Of a stretch of DNA of 64,000 nt, positions 18,305 to 27,802 are shown piece by piece. This DNA comes from a virus: positions 1-64,000 of the IMG/VR virus record IMGVR_UViG_3300027881_000008. One strand, given 5' to 3'. How positions within the stretch are numbered: position 1 is the stretch's first letter; every line of letters starts with the position of its first letter. The translations under genes were made by a program, and so were the position numbers. Under the pieces are notes generated by a model. That model saw nothing but the letters and a program-made list of their open reading frames with translations. It ran no database searches and was not told the origin of the DNA.

Positions 18305-18528
18305 TGCAAGTAGGACCGCCGCCGCGAGGGTTTTATGGGATGGGAACCGACCCGCTTCTGCCGGGAGTCGTCCTCCCTGACTTGCCCGGTTACGTGACCG
18401 AGGAAAAATGTTCTGCGGCCCAGTTGTCGGCTGAAGAAAAAGCCAAGGGCAGCGTGCTTCCCTGGGCGATTGGCGCCGGAGTCGGCGCCCTGGTTCTAGG
18501 ACTCGCCATAGGAAGGATGAGCAAGTGA
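18301..18528 (+). CDS. Small tail-anchored membrane protein
   Basis: FYGMG motif; C-terminal TM helix followed by RMSK; paralog of the next gene (PGYVT). Confidence 0.7.
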   Translation: MMQVGPPPRGFYGMGTDPLLPGVVLPDLPGYVTEEKCSAAQLSAEEKAKGSVLPWAIGAGVGALVLGLAIGRMSK

Positions 18529-18965
18529 TGTACGGACTTGGAGAAAATGGAGCGCCTCCGGGCGGACCACCACCGCCCCCCACCCCCGGTGCCCCACCGG
18601 CCATACCCACGCCGATCCCCGGGGCCACGGACCAGGCGAGCTGCGCGCAGCACGGCGGAACCTGGCAGGGACTCCCCCCGCCTGCGCCGCCGGGAATGGG
18701 CGTGTGTCTATCGGGCGCGTTGCCCCCCATTCCTGGGGCTCCCCCCGTACCAGGTGGCCTTCCGGCTCTTCCTCCGGGAGTCCAGAAGCCGGAGATCCCG
18801 GGATACGTGACGAAGGAGCACTTAGCCGCGTCGCTTCAGGGCGCCGCCACGCAGTGCAACACCGCGCGCGCCGAATCCAGGCGCATGTCCATCTACGTGG
18901 CCGTTGGTGTCGGCTTGGCGGGCGTGCTCATCGGTGCCGTCGTCGGAAAGAACATGAAGAAGTGA
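18525..18965 (+). CDS. Pro-rich tail-anchored membrane protein
   Basis: MYGLG, Cys pair, PGYVT, TM helix followed by KNMKK. Confidence 0.75.
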   Translation: MMYGLGENGAPPGGPPPPPTPGAPPAIPTPIPGATDQASCAQHGGTWQGLPPPAPPGMGVCLSGALPPIPGAPPVPGGLPALPPGVQKPEIPGYVTKEHLAASLQGAATQCNTARAESRRMSIYVAVGVGLAGVLIGAVVGKNMKK

Positions 18966-19098
18966 GATTGACGAGCCGCAAGAGCCGGGCCCTCGGTTTG
19001 GTGTTCCGGGGGCTGTCCGCAAAAGTGATGGCCTTCCTCAGCCGCTCCGGCCGGGAGCTCGACTCTTGCGGCTCGTCGAAACACGCGGGGGAGGCGTA

Positions 19099-20037
19099 AT
19101 GTACCGCGGCATAGGCCGGCCGCTGGGCGCGACCACGCGGGGCCTCGGTGCCCGAGAGTGGGACGACGTCCAGGAGTGGTGTCCTGGGGTGTTTGTGGAG
19201 TCCGAGAAGGACTTCTGTCCTTTTTCGCGCGCGCTTTGGTCGACCGACGAGGTCTACGTCATGCGCTTCCATGTTACTGGACTCGACGGAGGCATTCAGA
19301 CGGCCTCCCAGGGGCTCAGGTGGGCGAACGCTTACGGCAACACGCTCATGACGGCGTGCCTGCCCTTCGGCTGTCCTTCCATCGAACGCCAAGACGTCAA
19401 GGGGATCGTGTTTGACAGTCAGGGCGGACCGGGCGTCTACGGCGTCGACCTCGTCGTGACCACGCAGGAGGGCGGTGCGCCCGTCTTTGGTCAGCGGGGG
19501 GTGGAAGCTACCGTTAAGATGCTCAACAAGGACCCGGACCTGCTCAGCGTCTGGCCGAATTTGCACGTAAACGACTTCCAGCCTCTTCTGATGCTCGACG
19601 AGACGGCAGCGCAGAAGGCTAGGATCACCGACTGGCGCGCAGCGCCGACGGTTTGGAGCTGGGAGCTTTGGGAACAGAACGAGGACGCGCCCGAGAGGAC
19701 CAGGGGAAAGACCGACGCCTACGGAAAAGGCGAAGGGGTCTGGCTCGGTGGGACGGCGGCGCACCCCCAGGCGCGGCTCAAGCCCAAGGCGCCCACCCCC
19801 GTCGGTCCTCCCACGCCCAAACCTCCCACGCCCAAACCTCCCACGCCCAAGCCTCCCACGCCCAAGCCTCCCGAGCCGGGACCGTTGCCTTCCAAGGCCG
19901 GCCTCAACGCGGGCACCGTTGCGGGGGTCGCCCTGGTCGCCGGGGTTGGATGGTTCGCTTTCGGCACACGTATTCGAGACCACCTGAGTGGCAAGAAGCA
20001 AAAGGAAAAACAGCATGTCCTACAAAAGCCTTGGTAA
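19099..20037 (+). CDS. Tail-anchored protein with globular head and (PTPKP)n stalk
   Basis: MYRGIG..RGLG; 15-nt repeats at 19807-19872; TM helix and basic tail. Confidence 0.75.
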   Translation: MYRGIGRPLGATTRGLGAREWDDVQEWCPGVFVESEKDFCPFSRALWSTDEVYVMRFHVTGLDGGIQTASQGLRWANAYGNTLMTACLPFGCPSIERQDVKGIVFDSQGGPGVYGVDLVVTTQEGGAPVFGQRGVEATVKMLNKDPDLLSVWPNLHVNDFQPLLMLDETAAQKARITDWRAAPTVWSWELWEQNEDAPERTRGKTDAYGKGEGVWLGGTAAHPQARLKPKAPTPVGPPTPKPPTPKPPTPKPPTPKPPEPGPLPSKAGLNAGTVAGVALVAGVGWFAFGTRIRDHLSGKKQKEKQHVLQKPW

Positions 20038-20689
20038 CCCGCTCGGGTCTTACTACGAGTTCAGCCCCCACCAGGTTTTCGACGGGGTGGGCGAGTATTA
20101 CGAAACAGCGCCCATGAGCGGGCTGGGGTCTTACTACGAGTTCAGCCCCCACCAGGTCTTCGGCGCCTTCGGGGCCGAGACGACCTTCAACGCCCAACAG
20201 GTCTGGGCCGACGCCCAGCTCGGTGGGAGCTGCTTCACGCCGGGAAACCCGAACTGGAAGAACGAGGCGATGCTGGGCACCTGCAACGCCGCTGGCGGGC
20301 GCGCCACCCGCGAAATCCAAGCGGCACTGAACACTCTCGGCTACTCCACTCCGCTCGACGGAAGGTTCCAGGGGGCCACGAGGGCGAACTGGAACAAGTT
20401 TATGGCCCAGCACGGGCTCTCGAGCGCAATCGGAGAGGTGCAGGAGCAGGGTCTCTTGCTTATCGAAGACCAGCTGCGCCAGGGCATCACCCCGGGGCCG
20501 GACGAGCCTAGGAAGACCAAGAAGGTCAACGGCAAGTACATCCCCGTCAACGGCGACTCCAAGGCCGGACTGGGGGCGGTGGCGGCCGTCGCGCTCGTGG
20601 GGCTCGCTGCCTTTGGCGGGTACATGGTCTACAAGAAAAAGAAAGGCGGCGCTAAGTCGCGCCGCCCGTTGGTGAGACTGAAGCCGTGA
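20015..20689 (+). CDS. Tail-anchored protein with peptidoglycan-binding domain
   Basis: TREIQAALNTLGY..LDGRFQGATRA; duplicated GSYYEFSPHQVF leader; TM helix followed by KKKK. Confidence 0.72.
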   Translation: MSYKSLGNPLGSYYEFSPHQVFDGVGEYYETAPMSGLGSYYEFSPHQVFGAFGAETTFNAQQVWADAQLGGSCFTPGNPNWKNEAMLGTCNAAGGRATREIQAALNTLGYSTPLDGRFQGATRANWNKFMAQHGLSSAIGEVQEQGLLLIEDQLRQGITPGPDEPRKTKKVNGKYIPVNGDSKAGLGAVAAVALVGLAAFGGYMVYKKKKGGAKSRRPLVRLKP

Positions 20690-20695
20690 GAAAGA

Positions 20696-20923
20696 ATGGA
20701 AACGAAACACATCATCCAGGTTTTGGAAGCAGCCAACCAGGGCTCGCCTCAGATCCTGCATGCTGCGGGCCGCGTGTTCGGATTGGGCGAGGCGGAGCGG
20801 GATGCGCTGGCGAAGCGGACGTTTCCGGCTTGGGCGGCGGGACTGCTTGGGATCTCGGTGGGGATCCTAGCGGGCGCAGCCATACAGCGGCGTTGGCCGG
20901 GGAAGATCCTTCCGGGGGCCTGA
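20696..20923 (+). CDS. Small membrane protein
   Basis: FGLG motif; single TM helix followed by QRRW. Confidence 0.6.
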   Translation: METKHIIQVLEAANQGSPQILHAAGRVFGLGEAERDALAKRTFPAWAAGLLGISVGILAGAAIQRRWPGKILPGA

Positions 20924-20924
20924 T

Positions 20925-21467
20925 ATGAGCTACGTAGGACTAGGAAACGCTTTCGGGTCGACTGTCTCGTTACCAGCAGGGTTCGACGCGGGTAAACTCC
21001 CCTATTGCGGCACTGTGCGGGCCCTTCAAACCACGTTGGGCGGCATCGGCTACGACGTCGGCAAGGTAGACGGTAAGTGGGGGACGAATACGGCCAAGGG
21101 GGCCACCGCCTTCGCGCAGGCTAAGGGTCTGAACGTGAGCGGAGGCATTACCAAGAACTTCTGTCAGGCGCTGCAGAGCGAGTGGGTGGCCTCGATGGCT
21201 CCCCCGACTCCCTCTGTCCCAGCGCCCCCGGCTCCAGTGCCGGGAGCAAAGGAACCGCCACCGGCGGGAAGGCACCCGGCTCCCCCCGCCGAAAAGGGGG
21301 CGGGGCCCGATCGACTTGACGCCTCGGGTGGCGCGCCCCCACCCCCCGTCAAGGCTGGGCTCTCGACGGGCGCTAAGGTCGCAATTGGCGGCGCGGCGCT
21401 CGTGGTCGTCTTCGGTGTCGTGGCAATCGCCAGCGGCTACGCCGACAAAGGGAGAACATCGCGGTGA
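20925..21467 (+). CDS. Tail-anchored protein with peptidoglycan-binding domain
   Basis: MSYVGLG; VRALQTTLGGIGYDVGKVDGKWGTNT; Pro stalk; TM helix. Confidence 0.8.
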   Translation: MSYVGLGNAFGSTVSLPAGFDAGKLPYCGTVRALQTTLGGIGYDVGKVDGKWGTNTAKGATAFAQAKGLNVSGGITKNFCQALQSEWVASMAPPTPSVPAPPAPVPGAKEPPPAGRHPAPPAEKGAGPDRLDASGGAPPPPVKAGLSTGAKVAIGGAALVVVFGVVAIASGYADKGRTSR

Positions 21468-22687
21468 ATTACACAGGAATAGGAATGCCCTTCGGCGCCT
21501 TCGGGCGCGTGCCCGAGGACCAGCCGTGTTGCGAACCGACCTGCGAGCAGCCGTGTCCTTTGGGCACCGGAACGCATTGCGGCAGCGTCTACGCCATGCA
21601 GACCATGCTTGGGGTCTTGGGCTTTCTCCATCCCCTCGACGAGACGAGCATCGACGGAAGGAACGGCCCGAAGACACGCGGGGCCGTGGCGGCCTACGCG
21701 CTGGCAAAAGGGATCCCCGTGGACCCGAACAAGCCGTCGGGCCTCTTCTGCGTGGCCCTGATCGCTGACTACAACGCCTATGTGGATCCTGGTCCCGGTG
21801 CGACCGACCCCAACGAATGCGCCCCGGGCCAGTGGGGCGCCCCGCCCTTCTGCTTCGGCCAACCGTCGTCGGTGCCGCCCCCCCCCAAGGAGGCTGGCGC
21901 CTGCCCCCCTCCCACCGTGGGGCTCCCGCCTTACTGCGTGACGTTGCCCGGCGGAGGGGCTCCCCCCGTGCCACCGGGCGCCTCGGCGTGTCCACCCGGC
22001 ACCCTCGGACTACCCCCGCATTGTTTCGGCGTGCCTGGTGGCGTCCCTCCCACCACGCCTCCCGGGACTCCGCCAAAGCCCCCCCCAGGGCCAAAGCCCC
22101 CAGGGCCAAAGCCCCCGGGACCCAAGCCCCCGGGACCCAAGCCCCCGGGACCCAAGCCTCCCGCAGGACCCCCGCCCCCGACCCCAGGTCCCGTGCCCGC
22201 AAACGGGTTCTGGGAAAGCCGGAGCGACGGAGAGAAGGCGCTACTGCTAGGCGGCGGCGCTGCTGTCGGCTTGCTCTTGGTGGCTGCTCTGATGTCAGGC
22301 AGGCGCCGAAAGCCCAGCTCTAAGAAGCTCCCCGCGCTGACCTCCAACCCTAGAGGGCGCCGAAAGACGAAGCGCCGCCGGGCAAAGCTGCGCAAGGCTT
22401 CCAAGCGCCGCACCAAACGCCGCACCAAGCGCGTCCGCCGCAAGAAGAAGTGGGCCCAGGCAGTCGACCGGAGCATGCAAGAGCGCGGCACCGTCGGGTC
22501 TTTCACCAAACAGGCCCGCAACGCCGGCTACTCGGACACCATGGAGTTCGCGCGCAAGGTGATGGCCGGCTGGAGAGACGGAAGCAAGACCGTCTACAAC
22601 AAACGGACGCGCCGCAACATGCGGATCACCAAGCGCACCATGTACCGCGCCAACTTCGCTATCAACATCCAGAAGCGTCGGCGTTAG
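21464..22687 (+). CDS. Membrane protein: PG-binding domain, Cys-Pro repeats, (PGPKP)n stalk, TM helix and long basic tail
   Basis: MNYTGIG; MQTMLGVLGF..IDGRNGPKTRGAV; three CxPGxxGxPPxC-like repeats; 15-nt repeats at 22082-22156. Confidence 0.78.
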   Translation: MNYTGIGMPFGAFGRVPEDQPCCEPTCEQPCPLGTGTHCGSVYAMQTMLGVLGFLHPLDETSIDGRNGPKTRGAVAAYALAKGIPVDPNKPSGLFCVALIADYNAYVDPGPGATDPNECAPGQWGAPPFCFGQPSSVPPPPKEAGACPPPTVGLPPYCVTLPGGGAPPVPPGASACPPGTLGLPPHCFGVPGGVPPTTPPGTPPKPPPGPKPPGPKPPGPKPPGPKPPGPKPPAGPPPPTPGPVPANGFWESRSDGEKALLLGGGAAVGLLLVAALMSGRRRKPSSKKLPALTSNPRGRRKTKRRRAKLRKASKRRTKRRTKRVRRKKKWAQAVDRSMQERGTVGSFTKQARNAGYSDTMEFARKVMAGWRDGSKTVYNKRTRRNMRITKRTMYRANFAINIQKRRR

Positions 22688-22696
22688 GAGACCCTC

Positions 22697-23386
22697 ATGA
22701 CCGTACCCGCATACACCAACATCGCCCACTTTCGAGCCCCTTACAAAAACTCCTACGTCTACACAGGGGTGGGTCAGGACGACGTGCCCGTGGGACCCCC
22801 AGGCGGTCCGCCCCCGCCAGACGATACGGACCCAGCTCAAAAGGAACTGATGAAGCACATCACCGTCGGTAAGAGCGGCGAGCTGAGCTGGAACACCGAC
22901 ACGGCCAACCTCATCCGAAAGGCCCTGAAGGGGTACGGAACGGTCCACCTGTCCAACGAGGCGGTCGAGGTTATCCCGTTCACCCCGGTAGAGATCAACG
23001 CTGCGATGACGGACCCGAAACTGGCCGCCCTCCTCAAGGCCCGTAGCGGGGCCACCTGGGTGGACCAACGCGCCGCAGAAGGGAAGGTGGTCTTCGCCTC
23101 CGTGGGGATGTTCGTACCAGGCGCAGGGGCCAAGAACCTAGCGGCCCTGGACCCCGGTGACCGCGAGCGAGTGGACGCCACGTCGCGGGTGATGCCCATC
23201 GTCGCCCTGCCTGGCGCCGTCACTCCCCCCACTCCTACGCCAGGAAAGGTTACCCCCACCTCGAAGGCTTCGATCTTCGACAGTCCGACGGCGTTGGCCG
23301 TGGGAGTCGTGGTGGTGGGCACCGTTTCTTTCGTCGTTTACAAGGGCTTCCAGAGTAAGAAGAAGCTCCCCCCCCTCAAGGTTTGA
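22697..23386 (+). CDS. Tail-anchored membrane protein
   Basis: YTGVG motif; Pro/Thr stalk; TM helix followed by KKK. Confidence 0.7.
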   Translation: MTVPAYTNIAHFRAPYKNSYVYTGVGQDDVPVGPPGGPPPPDDTDPAQKELMKHITVGKSGELSWNTDTANLIRKALKGYGTVHLSNEAVEVIPFTPVEINAAMTDPKLAALLKARSGATWVDQRAAEGKVVFASVGMFVPGAGAKNLAALDPGDRERVDATSRVMPIVALPGAVTPPTPTPGKVTPTSKASIFDSPTALAVGVVVVGTVSFVVYKGFQSKKKLPPLKV

Positions 23387-23389
23387 GCC

Positions 23390-24604
23390 ATGGCGTCCCT
23401 ATCCTCCACATCTCGCGCGTCGGACTCCGCTAAGGACGCGGCTGCCCTAGTCGGCCAACTCGTTCAGGTGCGGGCGGAGGGGGCGGCTACGGGGAGCCAA
23501 GACGCTGCGGTCGACGCGGCCATCGGGACCGACTCGAGCCATTGGAGGAAGAATGTGCGCGCCACGTTGGGCCAAACCGTGGCCCAGTCGGGGCGCCAGC
23601 AAGCGGCCGTGACTGCCGGGTACGTGGCGGATACTCTCCGAGGGTCGACGAACATTCCTCAACCCACCGTGGTCGCTATTTTGCGCGCGGACCTAGAGCG
23701 AGCCGAGAGAGAGGTCACCGACGCGGCGGCCGGTGCTTCGCGCTACCAACTGCCGCGCGACTTTGCGAGGGTAAAAATGAAAAACGAAATGACCTCAGAA
23801 TCAATAGCTCCAAGCCAGACGGTCGCCACGGCGCGCCTCATCACCCGGCCGTCCACGGTCGCGCTCACCTATCCGGCCACCACCTCAGTACCTTATCCAG
23901 GCCCCACATCAGACCCCATCGTGGGCGCCAACGGGGGGCTAATCCCCAACGGCAATGGGGGGAGCGACGTCGCTGGGCCCGACCTCAATGGGTTCGAGAC
24001 CCTCTTCCCCGGGGGCTTCGCCGCTGGCGTCGTCGAGCCGGCGACGTGCAACGGATTATCCTACATGCGCATCGCTCCAGGTCACGCCGCGGCGGTCGCG
24101 CAGACGCTGAGCCAAGCGATGGCGACCCCCGACTTCTGCTCGGTCGTGCAGTGCCCCCCGGGCAAAGACGGCAAGATCAGCTCGGTGTTCTGTATGGCGG
24201 ACGCCGAAGCCATAGCGGCCAACGAGGCGCAGCCGGTCGGACCTCTGCTAGCGAAGCTCCGGGCCGAAGGTCGCGCCTGCGTGCTCATCGCAGCTGAGCC
24301 CTTTGGCACCTGCCTCGCCGGCGTTCCCCCTACGGGCCTCCCTGACATCGCGGGGAAAGGGTTCCACGCCGTGGTGCTGAGCGAGCCGACGGGGGGCTGG
24401 CAGCCGCCGTGCGGCGGTGCGCCGGTTCCCAAGCCTCCCGCTCCACCGACCCCCACCGCCACAGCGGGGATGAGCACGGGCACGAAGCTCCTCTTGGGGG
24501 GGATCGGCCTGGGCCTGGTGGGCACCGTGGTCTACCTAGCCACCCGCGACATGAAGAAGAAGTCGCCCTCCCTCACCTCCAACCGCCGCCGCCGACGTAG
24601 CTGA
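23390..24604 (+). CDS. Tail-anchored membrane protein with Cys-containing head
   Basis: Pro stalk, TM helix, tail KKKSPSLTSNRRRRRS. Confidence 0.7.
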   Translation: MASLSSTSRASDSAKDAAALVGQLVQVRAEGAATGSQDAAVDAAIGTDSSHWRKNVRATLGQTVAQSGRQQAAVTAGYVADTLRGSTNIPQPTVVAILRADLERAEREVTDAAAGASRYQLPRDFARVKMKNEMTSESIAPSQTVATARLITRPSTVALTYPATTSVPYPGPTSDPIVGANGGLIPNGNGGSDVAGPDLNGFETLFPGGFAAGVVEPATCNGLSYMRIAPGHAAAVAQTLSQAMATPDFCSVVQCPPGKDGKISSVFCMADAEAIAANEAQPVGPLLAKLRAEGRACVLIAAEPFGTCLAGVPPTGLPDIAGKGFHAVVLSEPTGGWQPPCGGAPVPKPPAPPTPTATAGMSTGTKLLLGGIGLGLVGTVVYLATRDMKKKSPSLTSNRRRRRS

Positions 24605-24616
24605 TGAAGGAGTGAG

Positions 24617-25243
24617 GTGAATGTGCATGGGATTGCTGGCATCCAGGGGCTCGGCCAAACGGCGGACCCGAACGCGCGCTTGGGCGCTGCCATGCATTCC
24701 GTGGAGCTTCTCGGACACCAACGCTTTGCCATAAGGCCGAAAGACCGCGACGCGGTCGTCGAGTCCCTGCGGGGGTGGACCCTGGTTAAGACGCTCGACC
24801 ACGCGGGGATAGCGTTCGCGGCTGCCAAACGTGAGGCCCCAGGCGCGTCCCTCTACGAGTGGGCCAGCGGCCAGAACGATACCGGCCGGGGGATCCTTCT
24901 GCGGGGAAACCCCTTCGCCACGGCACCCAACTCGGAGCTGATGGCGTACGCCACCCGGTACTGGGACCTGGGCTTCGCGGGGCCCGCCGTACCCTACATC
25001 CTGCTAGACCCTCCCCGGGGGTGGCGCCATAGCAACCTGCCGGACGCCAACGACGACCCTCGGCCGCCCACGTCCCAGGCGGGTGTTGCCTCGGGGCCTA
25101 GGTTGGTCTTCGCGGTGCTCGCCTTCGCCACTGTTGGCTTTTTCGTCTGGGCCTTGGGAAGAACAAAGGGCGCCACCCGAAGCACCTCAGTCAGCACAGG
25201 CTCCCGCGGGGCGCCTCGTTTGAGCCTGACCTGGCCGGCTTGA
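24617..25243 (+). CDS. Tail-anchored membrane protein
   Basis: QGLG motif; RBS AAGGAG; C-terminal TM helix. Confidence 0.65.
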   Translation: MNVHGIAGIQGLGQTADPNARLGAAMHSVELLGHQRFAIRPKDRDAVVESLRGWTLVKTLDHAGIAFAAAKREAPGASLYEWASGQNDTGRGILLRGNPFATAPNSELMAYATRYWDLGFAGPAVPYILLDPPRGWRHSNLPDANDDPRPPTSQAGVASGPRLVFAVLAFATVGFFVWALGRTKGATRSTSVSTGSRGAPRLSLTWPA

Positions 25244-25273
25244 GCATATCCAGGTAGAAAGAGAAGACTACAA

Positions 25274-25990
25274 ATGCACATCATCGACCGACAACCCGAG
25301 CGACACTGGGGCTCCTACCAGTCCGTTGACCACGGCTACGACAACCGCGTACGCGAGGTGGCCATGGGGACGCCCCCAAGTTTGCCCCCACTGCCGGGGT
25401 CGACGCCCGACCTTAGCGCCCTTGTATCCCCAGAGGTGCGGGGTCAACTCCAGTTCGTCCGCGCCGACCTCCAGCCCCACCTGGTGGCCGCGCTGAACAT
25501 GACCGACTTCGTGCCTACGAGCGGGCCCCATGTGACCCAGGGGACGATCCAGCTCACGACTAGCGTGGTGGGCCAGAATTGGCTCCAAGCCGAAGTGGGA
25601 GCCGGCGGGGCCGTCATGGTGGACATCCTCAGCGTCACTCAGGGCCCCGTTACGCCCTCGGGCGGCGCCGCGGGTCCGATGTTCGTGTTGAGCAAGGACC
25701 CCCAGGAGATCGCCCGCTTCGCGCGGCCAGGTGGTCCTCTCTTGATCGTAGCCATCGCGCCAGGGATGGAGGCCGCTGCCCAGCAGGCGGTTCCCCCCAC
25801 GCCAGTTCCCGTGGTCCCGCCGCCCCCGGGCCGGCCCGTGCCCCCTCCGCCAGGGCCGCGCCCCGGTGGACCTCCGGCCCCTCCGCCGCCGTCGGAACTC
25901 CCTCCAGCAGCTATGGTGGGGGGCGGCGTTCTCATCTTGGGCCTCGTCGGCCTCGCCACCTATATGGTCTACACGAGCCGAAGGAAGTAG
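25274..25990 (+). CDS. Tail-anchored membrane protein with poly-Pro stalk
   Basis: VAMG variant motif; TM helix followed by SRRK. Confidence 0.7.
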   Translation: MHIIDRQPERHWGSYQSVDHGYDNRVREVAMGTPPSLPPLPGSTPDLSALVSPEVRGQLQFVRADLQPHLVAALNMTDFVPTSGPHVTQGTIQLTTSVVGQNWLQAEVGAGGAVMVDILSVTQGPVTPSGGAAGPMFVLSKDPQEIARFARPGGPLLIVAIAPGMEAAAQQAVPPTPVPVVPPPPGRPVPPPPGPRPGGPPAPPPPSELPPAAMVGGGVLILGLVGLATYMVYTSRRK

Positions 25991-25996
25991 CCACCC

Positions 25997-26620
25997 GTGA
26001 TCCAACAGTTTCTCGGTCAGTTGTTTGGGCAAGCGGCCCAACACGCGGCGCGCCACGGCGGTCTGGAGGACCCCGAGGTACGTCGCGGGTTGCAGGTATT
26101 GGGGAATATCCAGCAGCACCTCTACGGCCGCTGGCTTCAGGCTCGGTCTACGCGGGTGGCCTGTTCGATCCGCCTCAACCACCCTCAGCACGGGGTGCTC
26201 CGCTGCGCAGAGTCGATGGCTGGCCTGTGCACCGCGTGCGACAATCCCGTGTGCATCGAACACGCTGCCGTCGTGGTGGCGACGGGCGACCCGGTGTGCT
26301 TCGCGTGCATCGACCTGGCGCGCGCTGCGGTCACCGAGCGCGGACACGCTGTGCCGCCCGGCTCGTCGACCGGCGCGGCTGACGAGATAGACGCCAAGCA
26401 ACGGACGAAGCTGCGGCGCAAGTACCTTCGGCGCCTCGGACTGAAAGCCAACGCCGACCAGGCTCAGATAAACGCGGCCTTCAAGAAGAAAGCCGCAGCG
26501 GCTCACCCGGATAAGGCGGCTCCTGGTCCGGCCAGGGACCGAGCGCATGAGCGCTTCGTCGAGCTCGGGCGTGCCCGCGAGTGGCTGCTCGAGGACTTGG
26601 AAAAGAGGGAGGCAGCGTGA
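25997..26620 (+). CDS. Zn-finger plus C-terminal J-domain (DnaJ-like co-chaperone)
   Basis: CTAC..VCIEH..CFAC; LGLKANADQAQINAAFKKKAAAAHPDK with an intact HPD. Confidence 0.85.
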   Translation: MIQQFLGQLFGQAAQHAARHGGLEDPEVRRGLQVLGNIQQHLYGRWLQARSTRVACSIRLNHPQHGVLRCAESMAGLCTACDNPVCIEHAAVVVATGDPVCFACIDLARAAVTERGHAVPPGSSTGAADEIDAKQRTKLRRKYLRRLGLKANADQAQINAAFKKKAAAAHPDKAAPGPARDRAHERFVELGRAREWLLEDLEKREAA

Positions 26621-27003
26621 CGAAACGCCGTGCCGAGCTAAAGGATAGTCTGCGCGCAGCGGCCATGTTCCGCGTGTTCCAGCCACTGGACGCGGCGGGG
26701 ATCGCGCCGGTTCCCGCACCCATAGGCGTCACCAACTGGGCGGTCTTCGACATCGAGGGATATACGCCCTCGGACGCCGTTGTGACACGCCTCGACGAGC
26801 TGGGAATAGCGACTCTCGATTACGAGCCCCAGCGCGACGACGCCGAGGCGCCTGACGACTTCGACGACTCAGACGCGGCGATTGAAGCGCTTTTGGACGG
26901 TTGGTGGCTGTGCGTCGTGCCCGATACTCTGCGGTCTCCCTATTCCCGCCTCCTGGTGGTGGAGCGGGTGACCCCACCTTCCCGCATAGGAGCGAAACCG
27001 TGA
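26617..27003 (+). CDS. Hypothetical acidic protein
   Basis: GTGA coupling on both sides. Confidence 0.55.
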   Translation: MTKRRAELKDSLRAAAMFRVFQPLDAAGIAPVPAPIGVTNWAVFDIEGYTPSDAVVTRLDELGIATLDYEPQRDDAEAPDDFDDSDAAIEALLDGWWLCVVPDTLRSPYSRLLVVERVTPPSRIGAKP

Positions 27004-27527
27004 AGTACGAATTGTTTTACGCGACCGGCGGCCATGGCGGTCCCTACGAGGGAAAGGCCGCGGCCTTGGAGGCAGCACGCAGACTCGTCGGCGGTGCTAA
27101 CGGCAGCTACATCGACGTCGTCCCCTACTCCCAGCCCTGGGAAGCGACCCCGGTGCGTGACCTGCACCTCCTGCGGGGTGTCGAGCGCGTGTACGCTGCA
27201 CCTGACGGCTGGTATTCTGAGGAGTACGAGACTCTAGCCGACAAGATGTTCGCGGAGCGGAACCCAGGCGCGAGAGCGGCGGAGTCCATCTACGTCATGA
27301 AGGCCGGGGAGGGCAACTACTACGCTCGCCGCACCACCAAGCCTCCGAAGTACCTGCGCTGGGAGTTGCAGCTACCCGACCCGCGCTCGTGGGGAGGCGG
27401 GATGAAAAGGGCGCACTACCGCCCGGCCGGCGGAAAGCTCTACTCACGCTCCGGTCTCAGCGCGCGCTTCGAGACCCTCAAAGAGATTAAGAAAGCCTAC
27501 CCCGGCGACTGGCGGAAGGTCCAATGA
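27000..27527 (+). CDS. Hypothetical two-part protein (RNP linker)
   Basis: AGGAG RBS, GTG at 27000. Confidence 0.55.
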   Translation: MKYELFYATGGHGGPYEGKAAALEAARRLVGGANGSYIDVVPYSQPWEATPVRDLHLLRGVERVYAAPDGWYSEEYETLADKMFAERNPGARAAESIYVMKAGEGNYYARRTTKPPKYLRWELQLPDPRSWGGGMKRAHYRPAGGKLYSRSGLSARFETLKEIKKAYPGDWRKVQ

Positions 27528-27802
27528 CCTACTCCCACCAGCAGCAGCAGCAGCACCAGCCCTACGGCCAAATCCCTGGTCTCCCCGTCCCCGGCGCTCC
27601 GGTGGGGGACGAGGTCTTGAAGGACGTCTCGGTGCGAGCGTTCGAGCATATCTGGCCGCTAATGGAGACGCGCCTCGACGAGAAGCTCGCGCGGGAGCGG
27701 TACGTGACGTTTGCGATGAGCGGGCTCGCCATGGCGGGATATTTTGCACTGCTGTGGGCGGTGGGCGTCAAGCTCCCGTGGCAGCGGAAATGGCGACGAT
27801 AG
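27524..27802 (+). CDS. Small membrane protein
   Basis: Q-rich N-terminus (PYG); TM helix followed by RKWRR. Confidence 0.6.
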   Translation: MTYSHQQQQQHQPYGQIPGLPVPGAPVGDEVLKDVSVRAFEHIWPLMETRLDEKLARERYVTFAMSGLAMAGYFALLWAVGVKLPWQRKWRR

